Source of the DNA: a virus
Lineage: Duplodnaviria > Caudoviricetes
Length of the DNA: 64,000 nucleotides
Virus record (IMG/VR): IMGVR_UViG_3300027763_000057
Location: 3,525 to 67,524 of that record
Reading direction: 5' to 3' (one strand)
The notes under the pieces are model-generated. The model was not told the origin of the DNA. It ran no database searches and saw only the letters and a list, made by a program, of their open reading frames with translations. Made by a program: the position numbers and the translations under genes. Shown here one piece after another: positions 38,743 through 48,685 of this stretch (the first letter of the stretch is position 1; every line of letters begins with the position of its first letter).

Positions 38743-40098
38743 ATGGCAAACAATATTGGTAATATAACCAAATCCTACGTCAGTGCTATTGACCCAGTAC
38801 TTGACACGAGAGAGATTAACAAATTAGTTACAGACATCCAAAACGAAGATGCGTTAACTGATATTTTATGGTTGGGAGATAGAAAAAAACCAATCGCAAC
38901 AGGTCAACCTTTGTACTACACATTTGTAAACGAAAGTTTATTCAAATTGTTAGATACAACAGGCGGAACAGTTAATGGTACAGGTACAACTTCATTAAAC
39001 TTCACTTGTACAGCAGCGACTTCAGGTCAAGCTCGTAAAGATGATTTAGTGTTAGTTCCTACTGGTGCTATTTCTGCAATCGTTACAAACGTAGTATCTA
39101 CTTCAGGTGTTGATACAGTTTACATTAAGACAGTTTCTGGAGCTAATGCTACTTTGACTGCTGGAGATAAATTATCTTTATTCTCTGTAGCTGTTGGTGA
39201 GAATTCAATTTCTCAAACAAACTTACGTTTCGGCTTGACTCGTTACACTAACAAGTATCAAATCTTTAGAGAAATCTCTAAAATTACAGACGTACAAAAC
39301 GCTGCTACAATCGAGGTTGAATTTAACGGACAAAACAAGTTTATCGTTAAAGACCATTTAGAGAAAGCAATCCGTTTAAAAGGACAAATCAATGCTGCTT
39401 ATATCGCAGGTGATATGTCAGTTACTACTTTCAGTGATACAAACCCAATCTTAACAGATGGTAATAGCGATGCTACCGATGGTGGTGGAGCAGTTCAAAC
39501 TACTCGTGGTTTAAACAAATACATTGAAATGTACGGTTCTACATTGGTAAATGGTACTTTAGGTACAGTTCAACAAACAAATATTAATAACGCTTTGGAT
39601 GTGTTGATTTCTCAACGTTCTCCTAAAGATTATTTAGTATTTGGTTCTTCTGCTGCAAAGCGTGCGCATGATACATATTGGAAGGCTTTAGGTTCTTCTG
39701 GTGTTCAATCAGTTCGTATCGTTGTTGATGGTAAAGAATTAGATTTAACTGTAGATAAAGTTAGCTACGGCGGATTTGATTTACATTACATGACAATGCC
39801 AATTCAAGACCAACCGGTATTATTCAGCCAAACTACTATCAATAAGAGTGTTTACTACATTCCTTATAACAATAGAGTTAAAGTTGAAGGCGGTGGTTAT
39901 GATTCAGCAATGCGTGTAAGATACGTACCTGCACAAACCAAGTATGGTAATGACATGATTGGTGAAATCCATACAGGAGCATTATCTCCTGTTAATCCTA
40001 ACGGAGATGCGATGAACTGGACTTGTTCTTGGACAACTGCTCAAGGTCTTGAGTGTTTAGGTGTTCAACATTTCTTGCGTCAACAAGTATTATCTTAA
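38743..40098 (+). CDS. major capsid protein
   Basis: 451 aa, strongly biased codon use, N..QIFRE and TTRGL motifs, followed by a terminator. Confidence 0.85.
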   Translation: MANNIGNITKSYVSAIDPVLDTREINKLVTDIQNEDALTDILWLGDRKKPIATGQPLYYTFVNESLFKLLDTTGGTVNGTGTTSLNFTCTAATSGQARKDDLVLVPTGAISAIVTNVVSTSGVDTVYIKTVSGANATLTAGDKLSLFSVAVGENSISQTNLRFGLTRYTNKYQIFREISKITDVQNAATIEVEFNGQNKFIVKDHLEKAIRLKGQINAAYIAGDMSVTTFSDTNPILTDGNSDATDGGGAVQTTRGLNKYIEMYGSTLVNGTLGTVQQTNINNALDVLISQRSPKDYLVFGSSAAKRAHDTYWKALGSSGVQSVRIVVDGKELDLTVDKVSYGGFDLHYMTMPIQDQPVLFSQTTINKSVYYIPYNNRVKVEGGGYDSAMRVRYVPAQTKYGNDMIGEIHTGALSPVNPNGDAMNWTCSWTTAQGLECLGVQHFLRQQVLS

Positions 40099-40106
40099 TA
40101 CAAACT

Positions 40107-40140
40107 AAAAGGGGCGGTGTAAAAAGCCGCCCTTTATTTT
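40107..40140 (+). terminator. intrinsic terminator after MCP
   Basis: GGGCGG...CCGCCC stem followed by TTTATTTT. Confidence 0.8.
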
Positions 40141-40160
40141 TATAATAAAAAACACACAAT

Positions 40161-41063
40161 ATGCAAGTAGTTGGAAAATTCAACGCAATTTCAGAGGAAT
40201 TAAAAAAGCAAATTCCTGAATTGGAAGTTGGTCAAACAATCACTTTTGAAATGCTTACCGGTCAAAAAAATAATGACCCTGATGAAAAAGAAAGACAAAA
40301 AAGCCCTATGCTTTATCCTAAAGCAAATATTCCTTTAAGAGATAGAGTTAAAGACCCTTATATAAAAGAAGGAAGTTCTTGGGTAGATATCGTAGTTGCT
40401 GATTCATGGGATAGAGATGGTAATCCTTTGGAAAGATTTTTTATGCCCGGAATTAGTGATGGCTCTGGGGATTTTAAATTTGGAGGTAAATTTTCACTAA
40501 CAGGTGGAAATCAAAAAGATGAAGAATTATATGAATTTTTAATGATTTCAAATTGGAATCAAGATAGTATTTTAGGAGAAGCCGGAAGAGATAAAAGCAA
40601 AATTCCTATGTGCAAGGTAATCAACCAAAAAGCTACAAGCCAAAAGGTTATGACTGGCTTTAATACATTAAAAGAGGCAATTAATATTGTTACTAAATTA
40701 AAACCTGCCGAAGCTCGTCAAATTGGTGCATCATTGAATTGGAATGAATTTACTGATGATGAAGTTATTTTAGCTCAAGTAGCTGATTTAGCTCGTACCA
40801 AACCTGAAGAGTTTTTAAAAGTTTATAATGACCCTAATAAACCAATTAAGGCTTCTATTAGAAAAGCATTAGATACCGATGTTCTTAAATTTGATATTGC
40901 AACAGGAAAGGTTAGTCTTGGTTCTCAAGAAATAACTACTATATCAAAAGAGGAAAGAGGAAATGTTACAGAAGCTTTAACTCAATTTATTAATTCTGCA
41001 AAGAATGGTAAACAAGTTTTAGATAATATTAATAAACAATTAACTGAACCAGAAGTGGTATAG
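40161..41063 (+). CDS. hypothetical protein (post-capsid gene)
   Basis: Long ORF with A-rich leader. Confidence 0.7.
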   Translation: MQVVGKFNAISEELKKQIPELEVGQTITFEMLTGQKNNDPDEKERQKSPMLYPKANIPLRDRVKDPYIKEGSSWVDIVVADSWDRDGNPLERFFMPGISDGSGDFKFGGKFSLTGGNQKDEELYEFLMISNWNQDSILGEAGRDKSKIPMCKVINQKATSQKVMTGFNTLKEAINIVTKLKPAEARQIGASLNWNEFTDDEVILAQVADLARTKPEEFLKVYNDPNKPIKASIRKALDTDVLKFDIATGKVSLGSQEITTISKEERGNVTEALTQFINSAKNGKQVLDNINKQLTEPEVV

Positions 41064-41085
41064 AATTAATTTAATTATTTACAAG

Positions 41086-41120
41086 AAAGCTCTTACTTAA
41101 AAAAAAGTAGGAGCTTTTTA
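41086..41120 (+). terminator. intrinsic terminator
   Basis: AAAGCTCTTACTT...AAGTAGGAGCTTTT. Confidence 0.75.
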
Positions 41121-41165
41121 TTTATAATACTATTATTTTTTGGTATTTTTGATAAAAGTTATATT

Positions 41166-41702
41166 ATGCCATTTATAGAAAATTTTACCGCAACGCAATA
41201 TATTTCAGTACCTAATTTGATTGTGATTACGGATACAAGCACCGGTACAGACGCAGCCATTACAAGCAGGAGAGTATATATGCGAAAATCAGATGGAACA
41301 TATCTTGTTGAAGAAGGAACAACTACGAATTATGAACTATTCCCTTTAGCAACTGGTAATATAATTAGTTATGATGTTCTTGATAAAGATTACGCATTAA
41401 CTATTACCGTAGAATGGGGAAGTGTTACTTCTACAATTGGAGATTACCTTGTGTTACATAGTAAAACAGTTGATTATGGTTTTTCAACTTACGCAAAAAT
41501 ATATGATGTAAAATTATCTAAAGCTCAAGTTTCAAGTCCATCTTTATTAGATGGCGATAATTGGTTATCAACAAAATTTGCATTAACAACATATATTAGA
41601 GCGGCAGATGATGCTATATCATTAGGAGCCGGTATAACAATTGCTCAATTATCTTTAAATAAAGCGAAATTCATTATTGACAATCCTAAACTTGTATTCT
41701 AA
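41166..41702 (+). CDS. putative structural protein
   Basis: Thr-rich beta N-terminus; TATTTTTG element at ~41144. Confidence 0.55.
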   Translation: MPFIENFTATQYISVPNLIVITDTSTGTDAAITSRRVYMRKSDGTYLVEEGTTTNYELFPLATGNIISYDVLDKDYALTITVEWGSVTSTIGDYLVLHSKTVDYGFSTYAKIYDVKLSKAQVSSPSLLDGDNWLSTKFALTTYIRAADDAISLGAGITIAQLSLNKAKFIIDNPKLVF

Positions 41703-42217
41703 TGCCAAGTACAGCAGATGTTATAGAGATAGCGAAGGTTTCAATATCATTGATGATTAAGGCTATTGAAAACCAACAAGAAAATGATTTAAATTTACCT
41801 AAAAAATTATCTACAGAAGTTTATTTGCTTCAGTGGGTATATTCTAATAGTTATACAGGAATAAATATAAATGGTTTTACTAATTATGTTTACGGAATGT
41901 GTGGTGGGTATGCTTATGAAGCAGAAGGGTTAATTGGTACAGGTGGTATCGTTGTCAATCCGGCATCAGGTGGTGCATTAGTTCCAATACCATTAGGACA
42001 ATACGCAGGTACTGGAAATACTTCAATAACATTTTCACAAGGAATTAATAAATCACTACTTTCCGCCACTCGTGGTGGTCAAGGTGTTGGTGAAATTATA
42101 TTTAATGGCACACCTACAGGAAATGATATTAAATGGGATAGCACAACGGGTACATTAACAGTTGCATCTACTGTTCCTTTTCAAACTGGAGAATTTGTTA
42201 GAATTTTAGTTTATTAA
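41702..42217 (+). CDS. putative tail-fibre-associated protein
   Basis: Gly/Thr-rich; directly upstream of fibre. Confidence 0.55.
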   Translation: MPSTADVIEIAKVSISLMIKAIENQQENDLNLPKKLSTEVYLLQWVYSNSYTGININGFTNYVYGMCGGYAYEAEGLIGTGGIVVNPASGGALVPIPLGQYAGTGNTSITFSQGINKSLLSATRGGQGVGEIIFNGTPTGNDIKWDSTTGTLTVASTVPFQTGEFVRILVY

Positions 42218-42231
42218 GAAAAAAAATTTAA

Positions 42232-45200
42232 ATGGCTATTCAATCACTCATTACGGGGGATATAAAAATAAGAAATGAAAACGGAGTTTTAGTTGCCGTT
42301 AATGGTATTGTGTCAGCCGATACTTCAGGAACTATAGGAACTTCAGGAAGTTCTGGGACGAGCGGTAGCTCTGGTAGCTCTGGCAGTTCAAGTACTTCTG
42401 GTACTACAGGAACTAGTGGTACTACAGGAACTTCTGGCACTAGTGGAACACGTGGAACAAGTGGAACGACAGGCACAAGTGGAACAACGGGAACATCGGG
42501 AACATCTGGAACAACAGGTACAAGTGGAACTAGCGGAACTTCAGGCACATCTGGAACAACAGGAACTTCAGGCACATCTGGGAGCAGCGGAACATCTGGA
42601 ACTTCAGCAACAAGTGGAACAAGTGGAACTACGGGAACATCTGGAAGCAGTGGTACTAGTGGTAGTTCTGGAACTTCAGGTACAACAGGAACTTCCGGAA
42701 CAAGTGGAACAAACGGAACAGGTGGCACATCTGGAACAACAGGTACTTCTGGTTCAAGCGGAACTTCAGGTTCAAGCGGAACGAGTGGTACAACAGGAAC
42801 TTCAGGAACAACAGGTACTAGTGGCAGTTCAGGAACAAGCGGATTAAATGGTACAAATGGAACAAGCGGCGTTAATGGTTCAAGTGGAACAAGCGGCATT
42901 TCGGGAACCTCTGGCACTTCAGGTGCTAACGGAACGAACGGAACAAGCGGCACTTCGGGTACAGCAGGAATTAGTGGTACTAGCGGAACCTCTGGCACTT
43001 CAGGAACGACTGGAACAAGCGGCACAAGTGGTACATCAGGTAGTTCAGGAACTTCAGGAACAAATGGAAGTGCTGGTACAAGTGGTACAGCAGGAACAGC
43101 GGGTACATCAGGTCGTAATGGTATAGATGGTTCTTCAGGAGCTTCAATTGCTAACTGGTATGGTGCGTTTACAAGTACAGCTACTCAAGTGGTTACAGCG
43201 GCAAATACACCAACAGCAATCACATACACAAATGATGAATATAGTAATGGTATTGTTTTCAGTGGTTCACAACTTACTGTTCAACATACTGGTATCTATG
43301 AAATTGCATATTCATTACAAATTGAACATACAGGTGGTGGAGGTGCAGATGTTAATATTTGGTTAAGGAAAAATGGTACTAATATTATTAGAACTGATTC
43401 TATTTTAGGTTTAAGAAGCCAAAGTGCAAAACAATTACCATTTGTTTCTATTATAGATAGTGCAAATGCTAATGATTATTACCAAGTTTATTTTGAAGCA
43501 AATGCCTCTGATGTACAAGTAACAGCAGTAGCAGCAACAGGAACGATACCAGCAGCACCATCAATAATTACCAACATAAAACAAATTGGTATAGCTGTAG
43601 GTACAACTTCAGGAACAAGCGGTAGTGCTGGTTCATCTGGTAGCTCTGGTACTTCTGGTACTTCAGGAACTAGTGGCACTAGCGGTACATCAGGATATTC
43701 AGGAGATAAATATTATACAACATCAACAACAACTTTTACTCTTGGTAATGCAGGAACTTTAACAGTTGGAACAGGGTTGGCTTACTCTCCTGCTCAATCA
43801 ATAATCGTAGTTTATAATGCTTTAAACTTCCAAGAGTGCGAGGTTATTTCATATAATAGTGGAACAGGTGCTTTGCAATTTGCAGCTCCAACAAGAACTG
43901 TAGGTAGTGGAACTTATTCTGCATGGACAGTTAACCTAGATGGTGCTAGTGGTGGTGATGGTTCTTCAGGAACCTCTGGAACAAGTGGATTAAGTGGCAC
44001 ATCGGGAACTTCAGGATTAAGTGGTACATCTGGCACAAGCGGTACTACTGGTACTTCGGGTACAAGTGGTTTAAGCGGCACATCAGGAACTACTGGAACA
44101 AGCGGTTCTTCAGGAACTAGCGGTACAAGTGGTACAAATGGTACAGGTGGAACTTCAGGTACTTCAGGTTCAACAGGAACTAGCGGTTCTTCAGGAACTA
44201 CGGGAACTAGCGGAAGCTCTGGTACTAGTGGCTTAAGTGGTTCTAGCGGTTCTTCGGGAACTTCAGGAACAAGCGGCACAAATGGAACGGGTGGTACTTC
44301 GGGAACTAGTGGTACTAGCGGCTTAAGTGGTACATCAGGCACTTCAGGTTTATCAGGTTCTAGCGGAACAAGTGGTCTTTCAGGCACTTCAGGTTCTAGC
44401 GGAACAACAGGAACATCGGGTAGTTCAGGAACTAGTGGAAGTAGCGGAACAGCAGGAACAACGGGAACTAGTGGAACAAGCGGTATTAATGGAACAAGTG
44501 GTTCTTCGGGTACTACAGGTACTTCTGGCTCTAGTGGGACAAGTGGTTCAAGTGGAACAAGCGGTTCTTCAGGAACAAGTGGTACAGCGGGTACTAGTGG
44601 TACTGCGGGAACGAGTGGTACTAGCGGACTTTTAGGTTCATTAACTACTATAGGGACAAGTGGTGTAGCTACATTAATAGCTAATGTTTTGAATGTTCCT
44701 AATTATGGAAGTGCTTTAACGGGATATGTTCCATATACAGGTGCTACTGCTGATGTTAATTTAGGTATTTATACATTAACTGCATCGGGTATAGATTCAG
44801 TAGGATATGTTGCTCGTGGTAGTGGAACTTTAAGTGGTTATTTAATACTTAAACAAGGCACTACATTTCTTGGTAATGTTGTAGGTTATAATAGTATTAA
44901 TGCAAATGCAAGAAAATATGTATTTATTTCGGATGTAGATGGTACAAATTACAAATCAGCAATTTTTGAATTAAGTTCATTAACTAATAATACTGATAGA
45001 ACTTACACGCTACCTGATGCAAGTGGAACAATAGCTTTAGTTGGTGGTAGTGGTGTAGGAACAGTTACAAGCGTAGCTGCTTTAACAATAGGTACAAGTG
45101 GAACGGATTTAAGTTCAACAGTTGCAACAAGTACAACAACTCCTGTAATTACTTTAAATGTACCAACTGCAAGTGCAACGAATCGTGGGGCATTATCAAG

Positions 45201-47346
45201 TGCCGATTGGACAACATTTAACAATAAGCAAAGTGCTTTAACTAATCCTGTAACAGGAACAGGAACTACCAACTACCTACCTAAATTTACAGGTGCAAGT
45301 ACAATAGGGAATAGTATTATTAGTGAAAGTGGTGGAGCTATTTCAGTTGCAGGTAATATACAAACTGATGGTAATGCTAATAGATATGTAAAATCAACAG
45401 GTTTTATTTCTAATCAATTAGGGCAGTTATCTGATTTTGGTGTTAGTGATGCAGGATATTATTTTGTAGCAGGTGGTGGTATTCAATTTGTTTCAGGTGG
45501 AGCAAATAGGATGTTACTTACATCTTCAGGCAATTTAGGATTAGGAGTTACACCGAGTGCGTGGAGTGGAGTAAATGCATTACAAGTAGTAGCTGCTTGT
45601 TTATCTTCAAATACTGCGACAAGTGGTATGTTTTTATCTGCAAATGCATTTTTTGATGGTTCAACAGATAGGTATATAAATACTAAACAAGCTACAAGAT
45701 ATTATCAATTAGAAGGTAACCACGTTTGGCAAATAGCTCCTTCAGGAACGGCAGGTAACGCTATAACCTTTACCCAAGCAATGACCTTAACGGCAGCAGG
45801 GAGTTTGGGATTAGGAATTGCTACACCAAGCACATTATTACATATAGCTTCAAGTAGTGCTTCATTTTTTACTATTGATGCAGGTACATCAAGTAATTCG
45901 GGAATTAGTTTTTATAGGGCAGGTTCTCCATTTGGTGCAATATATTATTTATCAACAAATACAATGAGATTTGATGTAAATAATGCTATTGCAATGTTGA
46001 TTGATTCAAATGCAAATACTTCTATTGGCTATACTACTAACCCTTCTTTATACAAGCTAGATGTTAATGGTACAGGAAGGTTTAGTGTTTCATCTACAAG
46101 TCAAAATCAATTAAGAGTATATTCAACTGATGGAACTGCTACATTAAAAAGCTATTCTACTTCAGATGGGGATGGTCTTATTTTAAACCAATATTATGCA
46201 GTTGCAGGTAATCCATATTTAAGAAGTGCTGACTTTGTAGCAAGTATGGGTGATGTTTCATCTACTCAAATGAGATTTTTTACTAAAGCATATGCTTCAA
46301 ATCCTGCTGTTGCTCTTACCATAGCATCCACAGGAGCAGCTACATTCTCTGCCGCTACTTCAGGAAACACAGTAACAATTAATGGAACTGCTGGTTCTTT
46401 TGCTACAAGAGTAAATGGTAGTTCAACTACAGGTAGTTCTTATGGAATAGGAATATTTGCAGGTACAAATTCAAGTGATGATTCATTTAGAGTACATAAT
46501 TATAGTGGTACTGAATATTTTAGAGTTAGAGGAGATGGCAATGTAGGTATAGGAACTACATCGCCAACAGGTTTATTGCATTTATACGGAGCAGACCCTG
46601 CATTTAGAATACAAAGTTCTACCACAGGAAATATGCAGTTTGGTCAATGGGATGGTACTAATAATAGAATACAAGCATCAGGTAGAGATTTTCTACTTAC
46701 TGTGCAAGATTCTTATAATATGCTTTTTAATACCAATGCTACCGAAAGAATGCGTATTACAAGTGGAGGTCAAGTAGGCATAGGAGTTACACCATCAGCT
46801 TGGAGTTCAGCAACTTTTCCTAATGTTCTACAAGTAGGTTATGCATCATTAATTACAAATGGAGGTGCTTTTGCTCAATTGAGTAGCAATCTTTATTATG
46901 ATGGTACTGCATATAAATACATATCAACAAATGGTGCATCTCGTATTATTCTTGATTCGGATGGCGCTATTACATTTAATAATGCAGCATCGGGAACAAG
47001 TGGTACTACCGTTACTACTTCCGAAAGATTGCGTATATCTAACACAGGTGCAGCTACCTTTTCAAGTTCAGTTACCGCAACATCATTCTTTGAAAGTTCC
47101 GATAGCAGATTAAAAACACTTATCCAAGATAACTACCAAACAAAAGGCATAGCATCAATAACCCCTAAACTTTACACTAAAAACGGAAAGGTTGAACTAG
47201 GTTATTATGCTCAAGATTTTATTGGGATATTAGATAGTGCGGTTTCAAAAGGTAGTGATGATATGTTAAGCCTATCTTATCGTGAAGTATTAGTTGCAAA
47301 AGTGTACGCATTAGAGCAAAGAATTAAAGAACTAGAAAATAAATAA
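42232..47346 (+). CDS. tail fibre with (SGT)n repeats, a C1q/BclA-like domain and a C-terminal S74-type chaperone
   Basis: G-X-X repeats; GNVGIGTTSP and ERMRITS modules; SDSRLK...GYYAQD...LEQRIKELE. Confidence 0.88.
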   Translation: MAIQSLITGDIKIRNENGVLVAVNGIVSADTSGTIGTSGSSGTSGSSGSSGSSSTSGTTGTSGTTGTSGTSGTRGTSGTTGTSGTTGTSGTSGTTGTSGTSGTSGTSGTTGTSGTSGSSGTSGTSATSGTSGTTGTSGSSGTSGSSGTSGTTGTSGTSGTNGTGGTSGTTGTSGSSGTSGSSGTSGTTGTSGTTGTSGSSGTSGLNGTNGTSGVNGSSGTSGISGTSGTSGANGTNGTSGTSGTAGISGTSGTSGTSGTTGTSGTSGTSGSSGTSGTNGSAGTSGTAGTAGTSGRNGIDGSSGASIANWYGAFTSTATQVVTAANTPTAITYTNDEYSNGIVFSGSQLTVQHTGIYEIAYSLQIEHTGGGGADVNIWLRKNGTNIIRTDSILGLRSQSAKQLPFVSIIDSANANDYYQVYFEANASDVQVTAVAATGTIPAAPSIITNIKQIGIAVGTTSGTSGSAGSSGSSGTSGTSGTSGTSGTSGYSGDKYYTTSTTTFTLGNAGTLTVGTGLAYSPAQSIIVVYNALNFQECEVISYNSGTGALQFAAPTRTVGSGTYSAWTVNLDGASGGDGSSGTSGTSGLSGTSGTSGLSGTSGTSGTTGTSGTSGLSGTSGTTGTSGSSGTSGTSGTNGTGGTSGTSGSTGTSGSSGTTGTSGSSGTSGLSGSSGSSGTSGTSGTNGTGGTSGTSGTSGLSGTSGTSGLSGSSGTSGLSGTSGSSGTTGTSGSSGTSGSSGTAGTTGTSGTSGINGTSGSSGTTGTSGSSGTSGSSGTSGSSGTSGTAGTSGTAGTSGTSGLLGSLTTIGTSGVATLIANVLNVPNYGSALTGYVPYTGATADVNLGIYTLTASGIDSVGYVARGSGTLSGYLILKQGTTFLGNVVGYNSINANARKYVFISDVDGTNYKSAIFELSSLTNNTDRTYTLPDASGTIALVGGSGVGTVTSVAALTIGTSGTDLSSTVATSTTTPVITLNVPTASATNRGALSSADWTTFNNKQSALTNPVTGTGTTNYLPKFTGASTIGNSIISESGGAISVAGNIQTDGNANRYVKSTGFISNQLGQLSDFGVSDAGYYFVAGGGIQFVSGGANRMLLTSSGNLGLGVTPSAWSGVNALQVVAACLSSNTATSGMFLSANAFFDGSTDRYINTKQATRYYQLEGNHVWQIAPSGTAGNAITFTQAMTLTAAGSLGLGIATPSTLLHIASSSASFFTIDAGTSSNSGISFYRAGSPFGAIYYLSTNTMRFDVNNAIAMLIDSNANTSIGYTTNPSLYKLDVNGTGRFSVSSTSQNQLRVYSTDGTATLKSYSTSDGDGLILNQYYAVAGNPYLRSADFVASMGDVSSTQMRFFTKAYASNPAVALTIASTGAATFSAATSGNTVTINGTAGSFATRVNGSSTTGSSYGIGIFAGTNSSDDSFRVHNYSGTEYFRVRGDGNVGIGTTSPTGLLHLYGADPAFRIQSSTTGNMQFGQWDGTNNRIQASGRDFLLTVQDSYNMLFNTNATERMRITSGGQVGIGVTPSAWSSATFPNVLQVGYASLITNGGAFAQLSSNLYYDGTAYKYISTNGASRIILDSDGAITFNNAASGTSGTTVTTSERLRISNTGAATFSSSVTATSFFESSDSRLKTLIQDNYQTKGIASITPKLYTKNGKVELGYYAQDFIGILDSAVSKGSDDMLSLSYREVLVAKVYALEQRIKELENK
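42322..44630 (+). repeat. three blocks of 9-bp-period Ser-Gly-Thr repeats
   Basis: Approx. 42322-43140, 43600-43700 and 43960-44630 encode (SGT/SGS/TGT)n. Confidence 0.95.
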
Positions 47347-47347
47347 T

Positions 47348-47572
47348 ATGCCAAGTACTTGGGCGGCAACCGCAGGTAATCAATTAATAACAGGAGCAGC
47401 ATTAAGAGATGGTGCAACTGCAACAGGATTCTATACAGTTGATGTAGCTATTCCGACAGGGGATAATTTATTAATAACAAGTTCAGCATATATAGCAGCA
47501 CACACAACCGCATTAGGTGTGGTTACTGCTTTACAATGTCCAACAAAAGATACTTTTTTAAGTCAATTCTAA
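47348..47572 (+). CDS. small tail-associated protein
   Basis: Coupled to fibre gene. Confidence 0.55.
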   Translation: MPSTWAATAGNQLITGAALRDGATATGFYTVDVAIPTGDNLLITSSAYIAAHTTALGVVTALQCPTKDTFLSQF

Positions 47573-47582
47573 AATAAAAAAT

Positions 47583-47963
47583 ATGAAACAAATCTCTCCT
47601 ATCCAAAGTTGGATAAACGGAAAATCAGTAACTGCAACAATCTTTAATCTTTACCCTATTGGTGGAGAGTTATTTAAGTATGCTAGATTCTACTATGCTT
47701 TATTAGATGAAAATATGGGAGTATGTGCTAGTGGTAATCTTGATATGACAGGCGAAGCGTATCAAGCGTGGGGTAACAACGATGAGTATGCCTATACTTG
47801 GAGTGCATCACCTGAAGTACTTAACCTTACAATCATAGGGGATTATGTTCCGCCAATGCCTGAACCAATAGTACCTACCGAACCTACTGAACCTTTAAAT
47901 TCAATTTTAGCAGATTTAAGACAAGATGCTCCTATTGATGAAATTTTAGGGGAAATGAACTAA
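47583..47963 (+). CDS. putative tail fibre assembly protein
   Basis: GNLDMTGEAYQAWG motif; follows fibre. Confidence 0.55.
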   Translation: MKQISPIQSWINGKSVTATIFNLYPIGGELFKYARFYYALLDENMGVCASGNLDMTGEAYQAWGNNDEYAYTWSASPEVLNLTIIGDYVPPMPEPIVPTEPTEPLNSILADLRQDAPIDEILGEMN

Positions 47964-47982
47964 TTTTGGCAAAACCAATATT

Positions 47983-48222
47983 ATGAAAACAACAATGCAA
48001 CAAGCAATAGCATTAGTAAAAAAATATGAAAATAGATTGATACCAATGGGAGTTTTATCATATAATTTAGAATTATTACTTGAAAAAGAAAAAGAGCAGA
48101 TAATGAATGCTTATTGTGATGGTGCTAAAGGTGGGGCAAATGGTACTAAAGGTCAACACGAGAACGGATGGGTATCTATACAAATGAGAAATAAATATTA
48201 CAACCAAACCTATAACAATTAA
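47983..48222 (+). CDS. hypothetical protein (EKEQIxxAY family)
   Basis: LEKEKEQIMNAY...YYNQTY; TAATTTTG at 47961. Confidence 0.6.
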   Translation: MKTTMQQAIALVKKYENRLIPMGVLSYNLELLLEKEKEQIMNAYCDGAKGGANGTKGQHENGWVSIQMRNKYYNQTYNN

Positions 48223-48234
48223 CATATATTATGT

Positions 48235-48275
48235 TGTAGCTACATTTGGAAAATTAAATTAATTAATTATCTTTG
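48235..48275 (+). promoter_or_regulatory. promoter with TGTAGCTACA operator
   Basis: TGTAGCTACA 48235-48244, TTTG 48245-48248, 19-nt spacer, TATCTTTG 48268-48275. Confidence 0.7.
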
Positions 48276-48290
48276 TAAAAATTATAAACT

Positions 48291-48632
48291 ATGAAATCAA
48301 TTGAATTAAAAGTAGCCAAAGAAAACATTAGCGGAAGGGACACATTTTTAACCACTTATGACCTATTAAAATCAGCTATTAACAGCCCTACAAAAGAGGG
48401 CTTTAGTGTAGATGAAATGATTAAAAGAGTTCGCCTATTAGGTGAAGTGGATAAGCATAAATCCACATTTGAAATAGAAGAGGGTAAATTTGATGACTCC
48501 TTGTTAGAAAGAAAAGCCACATTAGAACTAGAAGATGCTGACTTTTTAAAACTAAAAGAGCTATTCAAGGAAATGAAATGGGGGGTGGTGTCAAAGACAA
48601 TTATTGAAATACATAACGAATTTGATAAATAA
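48291..48632 (+). CDS. hypothetical protein
   Basis: ORF with its own promoter. Confidence 0.7.
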   Translation: MKSIELKVAKENISGRDTFLTTYDLLKSAINSPTKEGFSVDEMIKRVRLLGEVDKHKSTFEIEEGKFDDSLLERKATLELEDADFLKLKELFKEMKWGVVSKTIIEIHNEFDK

Positions 48633-48658
48633 GCATTTTTTCCCCAAAAGATAAAAAC

Positions 48659-48685
48659 AAGCAGGCTTAAATACCTGCTTTTTTT
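48659..48685. terminator. terminator at convergent junction
   Basis: AAGCAGG-8nt-CCTGCTT followed by a T run. Confidence 0.7.

Noticed and set aside
42240-44635. VP-repeat and QVEQ-repeat ORFs in other frames
   Set aside because: By-products of the 9-bp SGT repeat lacking stops
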